DNA of 39,331 nucleotides from Octopus bimaculoides. Taxonomy: Eukaryota. The position numbers were made by a program, and so were the translations under genes. Every line of letters begins with the position of its first letter. Position 1 is the stretch's first letter. The stretch covers positions 132,501,279 through 132,540,609 of the forward strand of contig NC_068981.1 in NCBI RefSeq assembly GCF_001194135.2, read 5' to 3'. Positions 33,426 to 39,331 of this stretch are shown here, piece after piece. Below the pieces are notes generated by a model. That model was not told the DNA's origin. It saw only the letters and a list, made by a program, of their open reading frames with translations, and ran no database searches.

Positions 33426-33801
33426 ATGTACTTCAGGTTTATGTTCATTCTTTGATCTGGAGAAAGCTTTTGACAGGATTCTATATTCTGATACTATATT
33501 AAGAAAACTATATATTGATAAATCGGTAGTGTGAGCCATACAAACCATTTATAAAATTTCTAACAACAAAGTGAAAGTCAACATTTTGTAAGATATTTAG
33601 CATGCAGACAGTTGCCCATTTACACTTGTTCTCAGCCTCTTCTTATTTATTATAGTTCTCCAGTCCATTTGAGTAGCTCAACACTGGCAGTTCATAGGTA
33701 CTTTGTATGGCAATGATCTTGTTTTTACATTTGAATCAGTAGAAGAATGAATGACACAAATTCTAAATATGGAAGCAAAAACTAGAATCAGGGTATTTTA
33801 A

Positions 33802-33998
33802 CCCTTTTGATACTAATCTGCCTGAGACCACCCCTGTTTTATGACAGATTTCCTGTTTTAAATCTTTCTCAAGATTTCATGTTGATTTGTTTCAGATACT
33901 AGCTTAACAGTGACAAAGCTATTTTACTAAATTCTTTATCATTTTAAAATCTATTTGGAAAAAAGTTAATGTATTTCAACAAAAGTTTAACAAAAGAG
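33802..33998. mobile_element. piggyBac-like TTAA MITE
   Basis: TTAA|CCCTTTTGATAC left end and degenerate AAAAGAG right end. Same family as 19438-20317. Confidence 0.7.
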
Positions 33999-34039
33999 TT
34001 GCAGAAAATCTTCAAAGGCAAAAGTTTTAGTTAAGAAAG

Positions 34040-34788
34040 AAGTCAGGATTCTACTGCCATTCACAACATTAGCCATGCACAATGTGCAGAAAATGAGTAT
34101 TTAGGAATGCCATATGGTGTACTAAATGTAAGCTACAAGTGTACAAAAATGCAGTGGGATCAGAAATAGGCTAACAAAGAAAAACGACTTTGTACAAGTA
34201 AATGTGCTGAAAAAGTTAGCAAGAAATTTACTCAGTGTCTGAAGAAGGGAACTCCCTTGAAGTTGTTGATACCATCCATTACTAAGGTGACCAAATAAGT
34301 AGTGGATACGAATATGCTGAAGCATGGCAGCCAGAGTAAGAACTGGCTGGAAAAAGTTTATTGAGCTCTTACCTGTTCTGTGTGAAGAGTAGATTGTGTA
34401 TGAAGTGCTATGCTGCATGGTAGCAATAAATTTGTACTAAATGCCAAAGATATTTGAAGGGTAGAAATAAATGAGACAATCATCTACTAGGTGTAATATT
34501 AGTATACATGAACAATGGACTTCAAATGAATGCAAGACTAAGCTGTTACAGACATGTGATGTGTATGGAACATAGCATCTGCGTCAAAAAAGTGCCAAGC
34601 AATTCAGATGTAAGAAACCTACTGGGGAGTAATAGAAAAGAAACAAGGAGGTTATAGGAAGAAGTGATGAAGGGTGATCTTAGAAGGCTGAACCTCATGA
34701 AGGAGATGACAAAGTGTCACAATAAATAGCTAGATGCTGTAGAAGACCTACCTAACTTATTCAAGTATGGAAAATAGATGTAAAAATG

Positions 34789-34790
<2 letters not shown>
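34040..34790 (+). mobile_element. Old, degenerate RTE LINE fragment
   Basis: NAIWCTKCK..CSGI, LEVVDTIHY.GDQ, ARVRTGWKKF.ELLP and AMLHGS parallel the 23483-24990 copy. Confidence 0.75.
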
Positions 34791-34841
<51 letters not shown>

Positions 34842-34843
<2 letters not shown>

Positions 34844-35235
34844 ACGTTGACCACTCACGTGGACACTTAATGTGCTAGAAATAGATCACATCTTGTGTCT
34901 ACTAAGACCTAAATTATTCTCGAAACGAAATTCAGTGGAATACCAAAGCATAAGCGGGCAAGACATTTAAAATTACCGAAAAAATCATTATTAAACAGGA
35001 ACTAGTTTCGAAATTACCACTCTTACCGAATGTCTGTTTCTCTTCAGCCTGATTGTAATGTAACCATAATCCTCAGAACCCTATACAAAGTTGCCCACTG
35101 TCATAGGTGAACGTGTATGTGGCTCTGTTAATTACAGCTTAATGGTAAAATTCAAAAGTCTTCGTTTTGGCGCGCTAATTAAATGTGCTAGCTTCCTGGT
35201 AATAAATCGATATTAATTAATATATGATTTTTTAC
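34842..35235 (-). mobile_element. Penelope-like terminal repeat (same family as 12200-12624)
   Basis: GTGGACA.TTAATG.GCTAGAAATAGATCACATCTTGTGTC shared with 12336. Abuts (TA)n. Confidence 0.75.
34996..35051 (-). ncRNA. Minimal type I hammerhead ribozyme motif, intact core
   Basis: Minus strand: CAGG-CUGAAGA-GAAA..UUUC-GAAAC-UA-GUU-CCUG. Confidence 0.8.
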
Positions 35236-36034
35236 CCTATGTTTTTAATATATATATATATAGATAGATAGATGTGTCTTGGGAGGGTCATTATGTCAAT
35301 AATAATCACAATCACACGTACATTGGTTCAATGATAGATAGATAGAGGGATAGACAACAAAGTTTTAATTATTATATTGAACTTGGTCACATATACCGTT
35401 TTTTTTTGGTCACTGGTCTTTCTGTCATTCTGTAGAAATGTAGAAAGATAAAGCAGTGCCTGTTAAGAGAGATGAAAGGTGGTAGAGGTGGAGGGACAGA
35501 GATAGATGAGCTACCCACCAGGCAGGTGCAAGAATTCTTGTGAGACAAGTAGTCAGGTGAGCAGACAGTTAAATATAGGGAGGGTTGGAAGAAAGAGTAA
35601 GAATAGAAGAGCTAGTGCAAGAGAGGAAAGTTAGAAGAAGATGGATGGATAGATAGATAGATAAATAGATTGAAATTCATGTGAGGAGGTGGAAGATATT
35701 AGGAAATAAAAGGAGGGTGGGGGCAGATGTATAACAAATAACTGAAAGTCAAACAGACAAAGAAATCTTTAACCACACAGAAGCTGATCGACTTTGAGCT
35801 GCAAAATGATGAAGATTATCACAAGAAGCAGTCAGTACATGATAATAATTGGTGAGAAGAAAAATTCTGTATATCAGCAAGAAGAAACAGAAGCAAGGCT
35901 TGGAGGGAAAATAAGTGAAATGAGGTGAAATGCAACACAAGGGGAGAAAAAAACAAATTGAACAAGGTTATACATAGCAAGCAATGACTGAAAGGAGAGA
36001 CAAATAGATACCATCATTTTTTTATGGTTATATA

Positions 36035-36308
36035 CAGGGCTGTGGAGTTGGAGTCAGAGTGGTCAAGTCGGAGTCAGAAACAATTAAGGGGTAGTCGGAG
36101 TCGGTAAAACTATACTGACTCCGACATCTTTATTCTTTAGTATAAACCAGTTATAACATATAGGCCTGTTCAAAGTACAAGTGTATGCATATGCTTTATG
36201 AGATATGTTGACCACAATCACTTAAATACATAAAGAGGAGTCGGTGTTGAAGGTGCCAATAGTACAGGAGTCAGAGTTGAAGTTTTTTGTTTTGACTTCA
36301 TAGCCCTG
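36035..36308. mobile_element. 274-bp hAT MITE with perfect 8-bp TSD
   Basis: TIRs CAGGGCTGTGGAGTT / CAGGGCTATGAAGTC; TSD GTTATATA at 36027-36034 and 36309-36316; subterminal GGAGTC repeats. Confidence 0.9.
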
Positions 36309-36499
36309 GTTATATATGTCATGGTATGAAATTAGACTCTTTGAGAATAATTGTAGCAGCTTCAGAATTCAACTGGCAGAGTTCATGGTTTGCATAACTC
36401 GAGCTGTAGTGATACTAATTCTTGTTGGCTGTCAACCTTGTATCATTATAAAAAGGTGTTACATGTACATGCTTGTTTTTGTAGATCTGTATATATATT

Positions 36500-36650
36500 A
36501 GATGCAGTGTGGCTGTGTGGATATGCACAGATGTGGCTGTGTGGTTAAGAGACTTGCTTCCTGACTGCTTGGTCTTAGGTTCAGTCCCACTGCGGGGCAC
36601 CTTGAGCAAGTGTCTTTTACTATAGCCTTGTGAGTGGATTTGTGAGGGAA
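36500..36650 (+). mobile_element. CORE-type SINE fragment
   Basis: GTGGCTGTGTGGTTAAGAG..GGTTCAGTCCCACTGCGGGGCACCTTGAGCAAGTGTC. Confidence 0.8.
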
Positions 36651-37635
36651 ACTTTATGTGAGTTCGTGTGTTGAAGCATATTCTGTTGTGTCTGGGGAGA
36701 ATCATTCTCTTTTAGTGCTTGAAAATTTAACACACTCACTGGCAAAATTTCCACTTATTTCTTTTTTATTTTTCTAAAATTTTCTAAAAGGTTGCGTCTT
36801 GCAACCTTTTCAATAGTTTTGACTCTGTCCATTATTCACACTGCGTTCCTTTTTGTTTGTGCGCATTTGTGGGTTAGTATGATTGTGTGCCTACACATGT
36901 ATGTATGTATGTATTCTACATATTCATGTGTTTGTGTGTTTTATGTATGTGTGTGTGTGTTTGTATATGTATGTGTGTGTGTATGTCTGAGTGTATGTAT
37001 GTNNNNNNNNNNNNNNNNNNNNNNNNNNATTTTGCAACTATATACCGTGTTTCTATATATGGATGTGCATCTCCATGCGTGAACGTGTGTCTCCATATGT
37101 GTCCTTGTGTGAAGTAAAGTGTGTGTGTATATATATGGTTATATATATATATATGGTTATATATATATATATATATATAATACAAAGAATATATATACAT
37201 GTATACNNNNNNNNNNTGTATGTATGTATGTATTCTACATATTCATGTGTTTGTGTGTTTTATGTATGTGTGTGTGTGTTTGTATATGTATGTGTGTGTG
37301 TATGTCTGAGTGTATGTATGTATTTTGCAACTATATACCGTGTTTCTATATATGGATGTGCATCTCCATGCGTGAACGTGTGTCTCCATATGTGTCCTTG
37401 TGTGAAGTAAAGTGTGTGTGTATATATATGGTTATATATATATATATATATATATAATACAAAGAATATATATACATGTATACACACATATATGTACATA
37501 CTTACATCTACATGTGTATATACATGCATATCAGGGTACAGGACGTTAGAACAATAAACTACAGACAACGGAACGAACACATAGGAAAACGGAAAGCCAC
37601 TTGGAATATCCCTTCATCAGCTGTCTCTATTCTAT

Positions 37636-37691
37636 CTAGACGTTTCGAAGACAAGACCGAACGTACTCTAGAATAGTCTCTTCCTGAGTAG
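37636..37691 (-). ncRNA. Hammerhead-like motif with G5C core change, followed by an orphan CUGAUGA (37614-37620)
   Basis: Minus strand: CUA-CUCAGGA-A-GAGAC..GUCUUC-GAAAC-GUC-UAG. Confidence 0.45.
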
Positions 37692-38332
37692 TGGATCAAC
37701 CCACTACACAGNNNNNNNNNNNNNNNNNNNNNNNNNNNNNNNNNNNNNNNNNNNNNNNNNNNNNNNNNNNNNNNNNNNNNNNNNNNNNNNNNNNNNNNNN
37801 NNNNNNNNNNNNNNNNNNNNNNNNNNNNNNNNNNNNNNNNNNNNNNNNNNNNNNNNNNNNNNNNNNNNNNNNNNNNNNNNNNNNNNNNNNNNNNNNNNNN
37901 NNNNNNNNNNNNNNNNNNNNNNNNNNNNNNNNNNNNNNNNNNNNNNNNNNNNNNNNNNNNNNNNNNNNNNNNNNNNNNNNNNNNNNNNNNNNNNNNNNNN
38001 NNNNNNNNNNNNNNNNNNNNNNNNNNNNNNNNNNNNNNNNNNNNNNNNNNNNNNNNNNNNNNNNNNNNNNNNNNNNNNNNNNNNNNNNNNNNNNNNNNNN
38101 NNNNNNNNNNNNNNNNNNNNNNNNNNNNNNNNNNNNNNNNNNNNNNNNNNNNNNNNNNNNNNNNNNNNNNNNNNNNNNNNNNNNNNNNNNNNNNNNNNNN
38201 NNNNNNNNNNNNNNNNNNNNNNNNNNNNNNNNNNNNNNNNNGGAGGAAGGGACAGAAGGGTATAGTAGTGAAGTAGAGGCCAGGACAGAGGTATAGATAG
38301 AAAGATGGAGGAAGACAGATAGATAAATAGAT

Positions 38333-38363
<31 letters not shown>

Positions 38364-38473
38364 CAGATAGATAGAAAGATAGTCACGTCAGAATAATAGT
38401 AGACTTACTTGCAAAAAAGGACGTGTGCGTTCAATAATGTAATAATACAAAGAATATTTATATATATATATAT

Positions 38474-38611
38474 GTTCTGAGTTTAAATTTCGAGGTCAAT
38501 TTTATCTTTCCTTTCGAGGTCGATAAAAATCTGTACCAGCTGAAGACTGGGGTCGATATAATTGACTTACACCCCACCTAAATTGCTGGCCTTGTGCCAA
38601 AATTTGAAACC
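38474..38611 (+). mobile_element. Nin-domain-like SINE fragment
   Basis: TTCTGAGTTTAAATTTCGAGGTC..CCTTTCGAGGTCGATAAA..CTGGGGTCGAT..GGCCTTGTGCC. Confidence 0.8.
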
Positions 38612-39272
38612 TAACTAAAATATATTATATATATTATATATACAAAAGTAATTACTCCCACACACGTACATACAATACTATATAATGTATAATTAAATTT
38701 TTGTTTTCCGTCACCTCCTGAGTATCCTGTCGTGATGAATATTTGTTAGATTTTATTTCTGATGCAATAACTCGAAATTTTGTTTTTAGCGCGAAGAAGC
38801 GGACAAAGTACACATCTGTTGTTTTACGAAACTCAACAGGAGTCATCATTTATAGACGTCTCACAGATGTCTATAAATCTCTACACAACTGTAGATTTGT
38901 TTGAAAAATTAAGCGTATGGAATCTAATGTCGATGAAAGTGGATGGAATTTCGAAGATGGAACATGTGCTTGACCTGTCGTGACACTCTCTTGATGCGTG
39001 TGTTTGTTTACACTGACCTAGCATAAAAAAAGGGTTGTTTATATATGTATATACATAAATTATATATAAATATATGCATATATCCATACATATATGTACA
39101 TACCTACATCTATATGTATACATACATGCATATATGGGTACAGGACATAAAAAAAAAACGTTAAACACAATGAGAAACGAAAATAAACGCGAACTTTTTT
39201 CGAACAACGAAAAAAAAAAAAAAAGAAACGAGACATGCAACATAAAGAGTATATCCCTTCGTTGGTTGTCCC

Positions 39273-39331
<59 letters not shown>

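Noticed and set aside
36898-37484. About 300-bp direct duplication (36898-37206 / 37217-37484)
   Set aside because: The copies look identical and are separated and interrupted by short N-runs, so this is most likely a scaffolding or haplotype artefact.
38760-38768. TGATGCAAT (ATF4-C/EBP amino-acid response element consensus) in the SLC7 intron; TGATGCAAA at about 33238
   Set aside because: Biologically tempting, but a 9-mer is expected by chance in AT-rich 39 kb, one instance is inside a SINE, and there is no conservation evidence.
38780-38983. CpG-containing ORF with weak likeness to a Penelope RT motif (DV..NLYTTVD) and a 13-bp hairpin at about 38849-38878
   Set aside because: Similarity is too short to call either an exon or a TE by eye.

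Overview
Eukaryotic, AT-rich, microsatellite-saturated genomic DNA with several assembly gaps. The SINE/LINE complement (CORE-type and Nin-type tRNA SINEs, RTE LINEs, Penelope-like elements) points to a coleoid cephalopod, most likely Octopus; this is inference from repeat families, not a database match. Only one host coding exon is securely recognisable: the first coding exon (30958-31477, +) of an SLC7 light-chain (LAT-type) amino-acid transporter. It is preceded by a short 5' UTR exon and a CpG-rich, possibly bidirectional promoter at about 30.15-30.5 kb, and everything to its right is intron. The rest is a transposon graveyard: Mutator/Phantom-like, Helitron, Tc1, mariner, RTE, Penelope, a probable solo LTR, hAT, Kolobok-like and piggyBac-like MITEs, and many SINEs. 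The most notable signal the ORF track does not show is a set of ten type I hammerhead-ribozyme motifs from several Penelope-like repeat families. Five have intact catalytic cores, one sits inside an 85-bp near-perfect foldback, and one lies in sense orientation in the transporter intron. There are also several long hairpins, a three-tier nested insertion, a PHD finger embedded in an RTE reverse transcriptase, and hints of a divergent minus-strand gene. All folds and alignments were done by eye and none has been computationally verified.
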